64,000 nucleotides of DNA from Candidatus Latescibacterota bacterium. GTDB lineage: Bacteria > Latescibacterota > CBDEFO01. The DNA is taken from the NCBI GenBank assembly GCA_965248755.1, contig OZ252149.1, forward strand, positions 4,256,001 to 4,320,000, in the 5' to 3' direction. The notes beneath the pieces were generated by a model. The model had not been told where the DNA came from and made no database searches. It saw nothing but the letters and a program-made list of their open reading frames with translations. Below are positions 30,290 through 40,113 of the stretch, piece by piece (position 1 is the first letter of the stretch; each line of letters starts with the position of its first letter). Position numbers and translations under genes: made by a program.

Positions 30290-30389
30290 GTTGTATTCTC
30301 CTTTGCACGCTGTGACGGACGCGGCTGGACATGCCTCATTCTAAAATAACCTGATAAAGATGGAAAATCAAGTCAAATCATTTTTTTGG

Positions 30390-30412
30390 TCCCCGATAGA
30401 TTCAATCCGGGA
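30390..30412. repeat. 23-bp micro-palindrome copy (intergenic, reverse orientation)
   Basis: TCCCCGATAGATTCAATCCGGGA. Confidence 0.85.
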
Positions 30413-30510
30413 AAAGAAAATCCTTGCTTTGTGTCTCGATCTGCATTATCATATTTCAATCTGCTACGTTCCTTGCTATCTTAGGCTACTTTCAATCAGA
30501 GAATATTCAA

Positions 30511-31527
30511 ATGGAAACTCCCCTTTTTCCCGGCAAACTGCCGCCCGGTCTCCTTAAACGCCTGACAGAGACGTACACAACATCAGACGAAAGAGTAGTA
30601 ATAGGCTCAAAGTTAGGGGAAGACGCCACAGTCATAGACTTCCATGATACCTATCTTGTTGCGAAGACAGATCCCATCACTTTTGCGACCGACCAGGCAG
30701 GCTGGTACGCTGTCAACGTCAACGCCAACGATATAGCCGCAATGGGTGCAAGACCCAAATGGTTTCTGGCAACAGCTCTCCTTCCTGAAAGAGACGCTAC
30801 GCCGCAACTTGCCGAAGAGATCTTCAGGCAGATCAGTCAGGCCTCCTCATCTTTAGGCATAGCCTTCTGCGGAGGACATACGGAGATAACTTACGGCCTC
30901 GACAGACCCATACTCATAGGCTGCATGCTCGGCGAAGTTCCGAAAGAAGGGCTCGTCAGATCGTCCGGCTTGATTCCCGGAGATAGGATCATCCTGACGA
31001 AGGGACTCGGCATAGAAGCCACATCCATCATTGCAAGAGAAAAAGAGGAGCAACTAAAAGAAAAGTGGGGGAAGGAATTTGTTCAAAGATGTAAGGACTA
31101 CCTCTACAAGCCCGGTATAAGTGTAGTCAAAGACTCAGAGATAGCCTGCGCCACAGCCCGAATAAAGGCCATGCACGATCCGACCGAGGGCGGAGTAGCC
31201 ACAGGATTGTGGGAACTTGCCCAGGCATCACAGGTTGGGATCGAAATATATGGTGAAAGGCTCTATATTTCAGAAGAATCCAAAGCCCTCTGCGAGGAAT
31301 TCGACATCGTCCCTCTAGGGGCTATCTCATCAGGCGCCCTCCTGATAGGTGTCAATCGGACTGATGTTCAACCTGTACTTCAAGCCCTGCGGAGGGCCGA
31401 GATCGAATCTGAGGAGATAGGACAAGCTAAAGACAAGGACTTCGGATTAAGGCTGAACACAAAAGGAAAGCTTTCCGAGCTTCCCCGCTTCGACAGAGAC
31501 GAAATAACGAAGCTCTTTGAGGGCTGA
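30511..31527 (+). CDS. AIR synthase-related (HypE/ThiL/PurM-like) protein
   Basis: GKLP, GEDA, TDPITF, NANDIA, GGHTE, MHDPTEGG and DEITK motifs. ATG at 30511. Confidence 0.9.
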   Translation: METPLFPGKLPPGLLKRLTETYTTSDERVVIGSKLGEDATVIDFHDTYLVAKTDPITFATDQAGWYAVNVNANDIAAMGARPKWFLATALLPERDATPQLAEEIFRQISQASSSLGIAFCGGHTEITYGLDRPILIGCMLGEVPKEGLVRSSGLIPGDRIILTKGLGIEATSIIAREKEEQLKEKWGKEFVQRCKDYLYKPGISVVKDSEIACATARIKAMHDPTEGGVATGLWELAQASQVGIEIYGERLYISEESKALCEEFDIVPLGAISSGALLIGVNRTDVQPVLQALRRAEIESEEIGQAKDKDFGLRLNTKGKLSELPRFDRDEITKLFEG

Positions 31528-31658
31528 TCTTATTATATTTGATTCTCCTCTGCAGCCCTGTAACAATTTTGCATCTTTTTGGACGACACAAGTAGTTTGG
31601 AATACATATAGGTACTGCATAGATTTAAGGATCGGTTCAGAATAGTCTGGACAAGATT

Positions 31659-31697
31659 ATGGATATCTCAAATGGATATCTCAAATGGACATCTAAA
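31659..31697. repeat. 13-bp tandem repeat x3
   Basis: ATGGATATCTCAA ATGGATATCTCAA ATGGACATCTAAA. Confidence 0.8.
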
Positions 31698-31732
31698 ATA
31701 GTAGACAGCATAGAGGGAGGGGGCGGTCTAAC

Positions 31733-31813
31733 GAGATTGCTTCGCTTCGCTTGCAGCGACATCGCGGCCTTTCGGTACAGTCATTGCGAGGAGTGAAACC
31801 ATGAAGGAATCAC
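31733..31813. repeat. REP-like repeat pair of the GTCATTGCGAG family
   Basis: GAGATTGCTTCGCTTCGCTTGCAGCGAC...GTCATTGCGAGGAG; same family as 8918-9078. Confidence 0.7.
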
Positions 31814-31871
31814 AAGAGATGGACAGGGCTGTCCTATTTTCTGTCTTCTACTTACTGTCGAGTTATTCAGT

Positions 31872-32720
31872 ATGGGCATTACGGTATCCTATAAATCTCT
31901 GAAAGAATCGCCCGTCCCTGATGCATTTTGGGCTCAGATCGGGCTGGCAGGTCCTGACGGGTCGGTGGATCGAGCTAAGATCAAGAAGTACCAAGAGGTT
32001 GTGGGATTCAGCCGATATATTGTGGAAGCTGTCGAGACGTTGCCCGAAGATCAGGAGATCACCATTTTAGACTGCGGCTGTGGGAAGTCGTATCTGTCGT
32101 TTGTGGTAAACGATCTGTTGACGCGCCAGATGGGTAGGTCTGCCTACTTCATCGGCGTGGACACCAACGACGCGGTCATCCAGATGTGCGAACAGACTCG
32201 GGAGGGGCTTGGGTTCGATAATATGGTCTTTCACGTCGCCCGGACGCTCGATTTTGAGCCGGACAGAAGTGTGGATGTTGTGATCGCTCTCCACGCCTGC
32301 AACACGGCCACAGACGAGGCCATCGCAAGGGGGATATCCCTGGGGGCCAGGTACATAATGACAATGCCGTGCTGCCAGAATCAAGTCCGGGGACAACTCA
32401 AGGATAAGCATCCGCTGGCTGACCTGACCCAGTTCGGCCTTCTGAAGTACGCCTTTGCCAGCACGCTCACCGATGGCCTTAGGTCTTTGATCCTCAAGGG
32501 AGTCGGATATGAGGTCAAGCACTTTGAAGTGGTTCCTCCCAAGTGCACACCCAAGAATGTTCTGATCCAAGCCCGAAAGATTAAGCGCAAGCGGGAGCCG
32601 AATCTGTCTGAGTACGTGCGGGTAAGTCGTCAGTTCGGTGTGCGGATTGCCCTGGAGCATATGCTGCCTGAGGAATTGCGGGAAGTGCTGGCAAGGGCAG
32701 ATATAGGATACAATGTGTAG
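31872..32720 (+). CDS. SAM-dependent methyltransferase (Methyltransf_32-like)
   Basis: ILDCGCGKSYL, ALHACNTATD, PCC and TPKN motifs. Confidence 0.88.
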   Translation: MGITVSYKSLKESPVPDAFWAQIGLAGPDGSVDRAKIKKYQEVVGFSRYIVEAVETLPEDQEITILDCGCGKSYLSFVVNDLLTRQMGRSAYFIGVDTNDAVIQMCEQTREGLGFDNMVFHVARTLDFEPDRSVDVVIALHACNTATDEAIARGISLGARYIMTMPCCQNQVRGQLKDKHPLADLTQFGLLKYAFASTLTDGLRSLILKGVGYEVKHFEVVPPKCTPKNVLIQARKIKRKREPNLSEYVRVSRQFGVRIALEHMLPEELREVLARADIGYNV

Positions 32721-32783
32721 GAGCGATTCACACTGCGTGCATTGCGACAGAGACGACAGCGATCTTTCGTTAATTGATTCTCC

Positions 32784-32812
32784 TTGACAGCCCTGCGACG
32801 AATTAGTATCTT
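32784..32812 (+). promoter_or_regulatory. Sigma70-like promoter
   Basis: TTGACA-17 bp-TATCTT upstream of 32915. Confidence 0.6.
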
Positions 32813-32914
32813 TTAACCAAGTGCAAGGCTATTTTTTTGAAAGTAAAGGATATATCGATGAGATCTTATGGGGTATGATCCATTCTGGGAAATTACCAAG
32901 ACTAAGGAACAGAT

Positions 32915-33926
32915 ATGGCAAGAGATATTAGAGACTTCATAATGAACTTGAGGTATTCACGAAAACCGGCGGACATTGTGATCGAGAATATGATTGAAGA
33001 AGTTCGTGATGGTACGCTTATTGTCGACCACCCTTTAACGGTAAAGCAATTTCTGGAAGTCGTTGAAAAAAGGTGGGCAGAAATTTCGCCTCGTCTAATT
33101 CAATTACTCTTCAAGCTCTTACTAAGTGAGTCTGAAAAAGCAGAGCTGCCTCCATCTTCTCATGATCAAATCCGCTCTATGTTGGTGGAGATACTAGGTA
33201 AGTTCAAGACTTCACCTCTTATTGAGGATGAAGTGGTGATAAGGAAAAGACGGGAAAAGAATCTGGAATATGCGCTGCAAGCTGTGGAGGAGATCTAAAT
33301 CCAAGAAAAGGATAGACTTCTCTTCTTCCTAGGAGCAGGAGCTTCAAAGCCAGAGCCTTCAAATATCCCGACAATAAACGAATTGCTCCCAGAGATTTGG
33401 AAAAAATCAAGTCGAATGGAATCAAGGCCTCTTGAAAAACTTCAGCTATGGTGCACTGAAAACAACATATAAAACATCGAAGAAATGCTTACCGCAGTGA
33501 CCCTCTCCAATTCTATAATCAAGGACTCGAAGGTTCACGGGCTTTTTAATTCGGTACTATATCCTGACGATACTTCGGAACAGACTTCCATTAGGGACAT
33601 AGACACTTGATGATTACATTTCAAAAATGTTAGTCAAAGCAGTAGGTCAAGATCCAGAAAAACATGTAATCGCTGTTAATATTGATCACGAAGCAATCGA
33701 TAGATGCAAATCCTTTATTAAACTACACGTGGAAGCTTTTGATGAAGATAAGAGGTTCTTTTCTATGCGAGGAGATGGAACCGAGCTTGTACCCAAGATA
33801 ACAAGAGTGCTCACTGAAGTCCCGAAGAAAATATCAAAAAAACGCTCAATAGACCCGTCGAACAGGAATGGAGACTCTAAACCTCCGTCAGATCTACGGG
33901 CAACCGCGGACCTCTCTACAGACTAG
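32915..33926 (+). pseudogene. Degraded SIR2-like (NADase) protein with N-terminal helical domain
   Basis: Reading through TAA 33296 in frame gives RLLFFLGAGASKPEPSNIPTINEL. There is a second in-frame TAA, then a jump to the C-terminal segment DDYISKMLVKAV..HVIAVNID; the central part is missing. Confidence 0.75.
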
Positions 33927-33951
33927 CCATAATCATCAGACGAGGCTCACA

Positions 33952-34530
33952 ATGACCCTCAAGGTCGTAATCTTCGACATGGACGGGACTATAACGAAGC
34001 CTTATATAGACTGGAAATCCCTCAGAGATGAAATAGGCATCCCACAGAATGAAATAATTATTGACTACATCGAATCTCTACCTTTCCAAGAAAGAAAAAG
34101 GGCTAACCGAATCCTTGAAATGCTAGAAGGGGAAGCCGCCCAAAACTCTGAGATCAACGAAGGAGCTGAAGAACTCCTTCAATTCCTTAAAGAAAAAGGC
34201 ATAAAGACGGCCCTGGTCACGAATAACAACAGGCGGGCGATGGAACACGTCCTTGAAAGACACAGTCTGGATTTTGATATCCTGTTAAGCAGGGAAGATG
34301 GATCGGTCAAGCCCTCGGAAGAGTTGATATTAAGAGCCCTCGACCGCACAGGAGCAGAAAAAGATCAAGCCATCGCAGTGGGAGATGGACGATTTGATTT
34401 AGAAGCGAGCAAGAAAGCAGGAGTCAGATGCATTTACCTATCCAACTCTACCCCTGCGTTAGAACATAACTTCACAGCGCATACCTTACACGACGTAGTG
34501 GAAATAATAGACAAACTCACAGAGGCATAA
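33952..34530 (+). CDS. HAD-family hydrolase
   Basis: VIFDMDGT, LVTN, KP and VGDGRFD motifs. ATG at 33952. Confidence 0.9.
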   Translation: MTLKVVIFDMDGTITKPYIDWKSLRDEIGIPQNEIIIDYIESLPFQERKRANRILEMLEGEAAQNSEINEGAEELLQFLKEKGIKTALVTNNNRRAMEHVLERHSLDFDILLSREDGSVKPSEELILRALDRTGAEKDQAIAVGDGRFDLEASKKAGVRCIYLSNSTPALEHNFTAHTLHDVVEIIDKLTEA

Positions 34531-34552
34531 ACTAAGGAGTGAGGCGATCACT

Positions 34553-34726
34553 GTGCGAAAGCTTGCGCTTTTTGTCACAATTGCAGGACTTTCAGCGACG
34601 GGAGCCATTTTTTTCCTGGGAAAGAGGAGGAGGGTCTGCCCTGAGTGCAAAAGACGAGTGCAGGGTAATTGGAAATATTGTCCCCACGACGGCGCGAAGA
34701 CTGAAGCCAAATACGAATGGGATTAA
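34553..34726 (+). CDS. Small membrane-anchored zinc-ribbon protein (57 aa)
   Basis: Manual translation: [68 protein letters not shown] upstream. Fills the gap between the HAD gene and aroQ. Confidence 0.75.
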   Translation: MRKLALFVTIAGLSATGAIFFLGKRRRVCPECKRRVQGNWKYCPHDGAKTEAKYEWD

Positions 34727-34740
34727 GCGGGAGAATTGGC

Positions 34741-35178
34741 GTGCCAAAGATACTGGTCATACATGGTCCAAACCTCAATTTACTCGGCACAAGAGAGCCC
34801 GAAATATACGGTTTACAAACTTTACAGGATATAAATAAAGCTGTAGAGGACTTATCTTGTGAATTAGACGCAGATGTGCAAATATTCCAGTCTAACCACG
34901 AAGGCGAAATCGTAGACCAGATCCAAAAGGCGGGGGAGTGGGCGGACGGCATCCTCATCAACCCCGGAGCATTTACACACTACAGTATCGCAATAAGAGA
35001 CGCCCTTTCCGCGGTAGATCTTCCTGCAGTAGAGGTCCATCTGTCAAACCTACACGCAAGGGAAGATTTCAGAAAGAATTCTGTCATAGCTTCCGTATGC
35101 ACAGGACAAATATCCGGATTTGAGGCAAGCAGCTATCTTTTGGGACTCAGAGCCTTAGTAGGTAAACTGAAAGAATAG
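34741..35178 (+). CDS. aroQ: Type II 3-dehydroquinate dehydratase
   Basis: [31 protein letters not shown] and EVHLSN motifs. GTG at 34741. Confidence 0.97.
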   Translation: MPKILVIHGPNLNLLGTREPEIYGLQTLQDINKAVEDLSCELDADVQIFQSNHEGEIVDQIQKAGEWADGILINPGAFTHYSIAIRDALSAVDLPAVEVHLSNLHAREDFRKNSVIASVCTGQISGFEASSYLLGLRALVGKLKE

Positions 35179-35193
35179 CTTTGGAACTTCGAT

Positions 35194-36297
35194 ATGGCCA
35201 GATCGTACACACATAAGATAAAACCCCAGGTGAGAGGGCTAACTCCCTATACTCTCAAGCAGTACGACTACGACGTGAAGCTCAATCAGAACGAAAATCC
35301 ATTCGACTTTCCGCAAGAGATAAAAGAAGAAGTCCTTCAATTTGCCCGGGAAAGATGTTGGTCGAGATATCCAGACTTCACACAGAAAGATATGGTACAA
35401 GCCCTCTCAAGGTACACAGGATGGCCGGAAGATGGAATTTTGGTCGGAAACGGTTCAAACGAACTGGTGCAGGCTACCCTCATAACTTTTATAGACGCTC
35501 CAGACACGACCGTGCTCATACCTACTCCCACGTTCACGCTCTACAGGCTGCTCTGCAAAGCCTTGGGAGCCAATGTCCTTGAGGTCTATCTTACTGAGAA
35601 CTACAGATTCGACATAGAAGCTATAAAAGATGCCACTGAGACAAATTTTCCCGACGTTATGATATTCTGCTCTCCCAACAATCCGACAGGATGTGTCCTG
35701 GAAAACAGCGACATTGAAGACCTTCTAAACCTCTCTGACGGCCTGATCGTAGTGGACGAAGCCTACTATGAATTCAGGGGCGAAACCTGCTTTTGCCTTT
35801 TGAAGGACTATCCCAATCTGATAATCTTTAGGACCTTCTCAAAAGCCCTTAGTCTTGCTGGACTCAGAATCGGATATCTTATGGCACATCCTGAGCTTGT
35901 AGAGCAAATATCTAAAGTCAAACTCCCGTACAACCTCAATTTCTTCTCACAGATAGCGGCGATGAAAGCCCTCGAAAATAGAGATCTACTGCAAAAGAAC
36001 ATAGACTATCTTATCGGACAAAGGGACATCCTCTACAATGCACTCAAAGACATAGAGGGCGTGGTACCCTATCCCTCCTACGCCAACTTCATCCTCTTTG
36101 AGACACAATCGAATTCTAAAGATATATTTGAGGGACTACTTCAGCAAGGCGTTCTAATTAGGGATGTCAGCGGTTATCCGATGCTTTCTCGTGCCCTAAG
36201 ATTCAACGTCGGCATCCAAGAGGAGAATACAAGATTTCTGGATGCCCTAAAAGAGACAGTGCGCTCGGCGCTTCGAAAAGGAAGTTTAAGCGTATGA
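35194..36297 (+). CDS. hisC: Histidinol-phosphate aminotransferase
   Basis: NENP, GNGSNE, SPNNPTG, DEAY and [15 protein letters not shown] motifs; adjacent to hisB. Confidence 0.93.
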   Translation: MARSYTHKIKPQVRGLTPYTLKQYDYDVKLNQNENPFDFPQEIKEEVLQFARERCWSRYPDFTQKDMVQALSRYTGWPEDGILVGNGSNELVQATLITFIDAPDTTVLIPTPTFTLYRLLCKALGANVLEVYLTENYRFDIEAIKDATETNFPDVMIFCSPNNPTGCVLENSDIEDLLNLSDGLIVVDEAYYEFRGETCFCLLKDYPNLIIFRTFSKALSLAGLRIGYLMAHPELVEQISKVKLPYNLNFFSQIAAMKALENRDLLQKNIDYLIGQRDILYNALKDIEGVVPYPSYANFILFETQSNSKDIFEGLLQQGVLIRDVSGYPMLSRALRFNVGIQEENTRFLDALKETVRSALRKGSLSV

Positions 36298-36890
36298 GCT
36301 CTAAAAGACAGAGTCGTATAGAAAGAGGGACTGCAGAGACACAGATAGAACTCGTGCTCGACCTTGACGGAAGAGGGAAAGCCGACATCGATACGGGAAT
36401 CGGCTTTTTTGACCACATGCTCGAGCTTTTTGCAAAGCATGGGTTCTTCGACCTTACTGTCAAATGTAAGGGCGACCTTAGTGTAGATCCGCATCATACG
36501 GTCGAAGACACAGGGATATGTCTGGGGTCCGCTATCGTTCAGGCTTCAGGGGACAAATCTGGCATCGTAAGATACGGATGCAGCTACGTGCCTATGGACG
36601 AAGCCCTTGCAAGGGTCGTTGTAGATCTTTCAGGACGCTCATCTTTCATCTTTAACGCTGAGATAAGGGACCGAAAGATAGGCCAGTTCCCGATGGAACT
36701 CTTGCCGGACTTCTTCAAAGCCGCAGCCGACAACGCTAAGATGAACCTGCATATAGACCTTATTAGGGGAGAAAATAGCCATCACTCGTCAGAGGCCATC
36801 TTTAAAGCCTTCGCCAGGGCCCTTGACCAGGCCTCGTCAATAAGCCAAAGAGTTCAGGGCGTCCTGTCTACCAAGGGGACTCTGCAGTGA
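36294..36890 (+). CDS. hisB: Imidazoleglycerol-phosphate dehydratase
   Basis: [26 protein letters not shown] and STKG motifs. Confidence 0.98.
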   Translation: MSSKRQSRIERGTAETQIELVLDLDGRGKADIDTGIGFFDHMLELFAKHGFFDLTVKCKGDLSVDPHHTVEDTGICLGSAIVQASGDKSGIVRYGCSYVPMDEALARVVVDLSGRSSFIFNAEIRDRKIGQFPMELLPDFFKAAADNAKMNLHIDLIRGENSHHSSEAIFKAFARALDQASSISQRVQGVLSTKGTLQ

Positions 36891-37978
36891 GTACAGAGGT
36901 AAAATACGACTGCAGATACTTCAAAGGCGACGTCCCCTGCAAATTCAATAAATTAGACGGCTCCGTCTGCGAGTGCTGTGGGCACTACGATAAGGTGGAG
37001 GGGAAGATACTCATTATAAAGCTCGGCAGGGCCGGAGACGTTATAAGGACCACCCCTCTTTTGAGAAGACTCAAATATGTCTATCCAAAATCCCACATAA
37101 CGTGGCTCACATGCTTTCCAGAATTCGTTCCGGATATAGTGGACTGCGTATTTACGTTCGATCCTCAAAACATCCTGTATCTCCAGCAGGTGCACTTTGA
37201 TATCCTTTACAACCTGGACAAGGATGTGGAAGGCTGCACCCTTGCTAACATAGTTTCCGCGGCCACAAAAAAAGGCTTCCACCTCAAAGACGGAAAATGC
37301 CATCCTATAGACAAAGACGCAGAGCACAAGTTCCTCACAGGCATATTCGATCAGGTGAGCAAAGCCAACACCAAAAGCTATCCTCATGAAATTTTCGAGA
37401 TATGCGGCTTTGAATTTAAAGGGGAGGAGTATATCCTCGAGAACTTCGCATCAGAGGGCTATAACTGGAGGATAGAGGAGCCGAAGCCCCTTGTAGGATT
37501 AAACACCGGCTGCGGTGGCACGTGGAGATCCAGACTCTGGGGCCAGGAAAAGTGGGTAGAGCTGGCACAGAGCCTCAAATCACAAGGCATAGGCGTCGTG
37601 CTACTGGGCGGAGAGGGGGAACACGAAAGGAATACATATATCTCAAAAGAAAGCAAAGCAAGCTATCTGGGATACTTCCCTATCAGGAAATTCGTCAACC
37701 TGATAGATCAATGTAACACCGTAGTGACAGCCGTCACCATGGCTACCCACATAGCTATAGGGCGTAGAAAAGGCATAGTCCTCTTAAACAACACGTTCAA
37801 CCCCAGCGAATTTGAACTCTACGAATTGGGACAGATTGTAGAGCCTGACTTTGACTGTGACTGCTACTATTCTCCGATATGTCCCAACGACTGCATGCAG
37901 TACATCAGTCCCCAGAAGGTCTTTAACACATGTCTTGCAGTCCTCGAAAGCCAGGGGGAAAATCTTAATCTCTTATGA
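36887..37978 (+). CDS. GT9 (heptosyltransferase-like) glycosyltransferase with Cys-rich termini
   Basis: [24 protein letters not shown]-terminal DCRYF...PC...C..C and C-terminal CDCY...C...CM. Confidence 0.88.
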   Translation: MSTEVKYDCRYFKGDVPCKFNKLDGSVCECCGHYDKVEGKILIIKLGRAGDVIRTTPLLRRLKYVYPKSHITWLTCFPEFVPDIVDCVFTFDPQNILYLQQVHFDILYNLDKDVEGCTLANIVSAATKKGFHLKDGKCHPIDKDAEHKFLTGIFDQVSKANTKSYPHEIFEICGFEFKGEEYILENFASEGYNWRIEEPKPLVGLNTGCGGTWRSRLWGQEKWVELAQSLKSQGIGVVLLGGEGEHERNTYISKESKASYLGYFPIRKFVNLIDQCNTVVTAVTMATHIAIGRRKGIVLLNNTFNPSEFELYELGQIVEPDFDCDCYYSPICPNDCMQYISPQKVFNTCLAVLESQGENLNLL

Positions 37979-39135
37979 GAATTTACTTCATAGCTCCTGC
38001 TTATCCTCTAAGAGGTGGCATAGCTCAATACACAGCTCTACTTTACAAGAAAATGCAAGAGAGAGGACACGGGGTGAAAATCATCTCGTTCAAACGGCAG
38101 TACCCGGAGTTCCTCTTCCCCGGAAAGACACAGAAGGAGAGTGGAAAACAGATCATTCGTACCGATAGCGAGGCCATAATCGACACTCTCAATCCGCTGA
38201 CCTGGCTTAAGGCTTTTGCAAAGATCAAAGCCGAGCGACCTGACCTGATAATCTTCAAGTACTGGCTCCCTTTCTTTGCTCCCTGCTATATCACCATCTC
38301 ACTCTTGGTGCGCCTTTTTACAGAGTATAAAGTCCTTTACATCTGCCACAACATAATCCCTCACGAAAAGCGTCTGGGAGACACTGTACTTACAAAGATA
38401 GCCCTGAGATACTCAGACTACTTCATCGTCCTATCGGACGCGGTCAAAGGTGATCTCCTCAGATTCCGTCCCGACGCTGTGTATAGAAAAGTGCCGCTTC
38501 CTGTCTATGATTTATTCCACACAAACTACGATAAAATTACAGCCAGACGAAAGCTCAAAATCCAAAAGGAGAGGGTCATCCTGTTTTTCGGATACATAAG
38601 GGCTTATAAGGGCCTGCATCTTATTTTGCAGGCTATGCCCTACGTCCTTAAGCACATAGACATCACCCTCGTAGTTGCCGGAGAGTTTTACGATTCGAAA
38701 GAGAAGTACACAGACCTTATTGAAGAGCTCAATCTAAATGATCACGTGGAGATATTCGACAGCTTTATACCGGACGAAGAAGTAGGGACCTATTTTGCCG
38801 CCGCAGACGCCGTAGTACTCCCCTATATATCCGCCACGCAGAGCGCAATCGCTCAGATAGCCTACAACTTCGATAAGCCGGTCATAGCCACAGATGTTGG
38901 AGGTCTTTCAGAAGTCGTAGTCAACGAAAAGACAGGCTACATCGTCTGCCCCGAAGATCCTGAGGCTTTCGCAGATGCCATCGTCAAATTCTACTCCCAG
39001 AACAAAAATCGGGAATTCGTTTCGAACGTCAAAGTGGAAAAGGGCAAATATTCGTGGGACAGGATGGCAGAGGCTGTAGAGAGCCTGTTAGCCACAGGGT
39101 CAAGCCGTTCCTCGAAGAGAGGAGAGTCCCGATAA
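37975..39135 (+). CDS. GT4 glycosyltransferase
   Basis: FFGYIRAYKG, PYISATQS and PVIATDVGG motifs. Confidence 0.93.
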   Translation: MRIYFIAPAYPLRGGIAQYTALLYKKMQERGHGVKIISFKRQYPEFLFPGKTQKESGKQIIRTDSEAIIDTLNPLTWLKAFAKIKAERPDLIIFKYWLPFFAPCYITISLLVRLFTEYKVLYICHNIIPHEKRLGDTVLTKIALRYSDYFIVLSDAVKGDLLRFRPDAVYRKVPLPVYDLFHTNYDKITARRKLKIQKERVILFFGYIRAYKGLHLILQAMPYVLKHIDITLVVAGEFYDSKEKYTDLIEELNLNDHVEIFDSFIPDEEVGTYFAAADAVVLPYISATQSAIAQIAYNFDKPVIATDVGGLSEVVVNEKTGYIVCPEDPEAFADAIVKFYSQNKNREFVSNVKVEKGKYSWDRMAEAVESLLATGSSRSSKRGESR

Positions 39136-39141
39136 GAAAGT

Positions 39142-40095
39142 ATGGATGAAAAGAAAGAGACATCACAGAACAGCGTTGCAAGTTCCGATCTGCCGTTGGT
39201 CTTTGTGATCGTTTTAAACTGGAACGGGAAAGAGGATCTGTTGCGGTGTCTGGGTTCACTTTCCGGGGTCGAATACGGCAATTTCAAAACGCTGGTGGTT
39301 GACAACGCTTCTGAGGACGGCTCCGTCCAGGCAGTCAGGGAGAATTTCCCCGAAGTTAAGGTCATCCAGAACAGCCGGAACTTGATGTTCTCCGAGGGTA
39401 ACAACGTCGGGATGGAATATGCTTTAAGCCAAAGCTCCGATTATGTTCTCCTGCTAAATAATGACATTGTAGTCGCTCCGCAGTTTCTAACCGAGATGGT
39501 CTTGGTGGCTCAAAGCGATCCTCTTATCGGGATGGTAGGACCCAAAATATACTATTATGATAATCCCCAAAGGTTATGGTTCGCAGGTGGAAAGGTGGAA
39601 TTATGGAGGGGAAGGATAAGCCATTTAGGAATAAGAGAGTTCGATTCTGGGCAGTACGATTCTACAAGGGATATAGATTATGTAACAGGCTGTGCGATTC
39701 TGGTCAAAAGAGAAGTCATAGCAAAAGTCGGTATGCTCGATGCTTCGTATTATATTTACTCGGAGGATGTGGACTGGTGCTGGAGAGCTAAAAACGCCCA
39801 ATATAGATCGGTATTAGCACCAAAGGCTAAAATCTGGCATAGGATTTCAGCCTCTACAGGAGGAGAATTGACGCCGTTCAAGGTATACTGGAGGATAAAA
39901 AGCAGCTTAAGATTCTACAGAAGATACGCAAGTTGGTATCATTGGCTGACGGTGCCTATATTCGTCTCTTTTGACACAGCCAAGTTTGCATTAAGGCAGA
40001 TATTTAAGGGGAATTTTGAGATAGTGTCCTCACTGTTGAGAGGCTTTAAGGACTCGCTTACAGGGAGCAAAGTTCCGACTGGAACAATACGATAA
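39142..40095 (+). CDS. GT2 glycosyltransferase
   Basis: VLNWNG, VVDNASED, LLNND and EDVDW motifs. Confidence 0.93.
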   Translation: MDEKKETSQNSVASSDLPLVFVIVLNWNGKEDLLRCLGSLSGVEYGNFKTLVVDNASEDGSVQAVRENFPEVKVIQNSRNLMFSEGNNVGMEYALSQSSDYVLLLNNDIVVAPQFLTEMVLVAQSDPLIGMVGPKIYYYDNPQRLWFAGGKVELWRGRISHLGIREFDSGQYDSTRDIDYVTGCAILVKREVIAKVGMLDASYYIYSEDVDWCWRAKNAQYRSVLAPKAKIWHRISASTGGELTPFKVYWRIKSSLRFYRRYASWYHWLTVPIFVSFDTAKFALRQIFKGNFEIVSSLLRGFKDSLTGSKVPTGTIR

Positions 40096-40113
40096 GCGGC
40101 CGAATATAAATAG

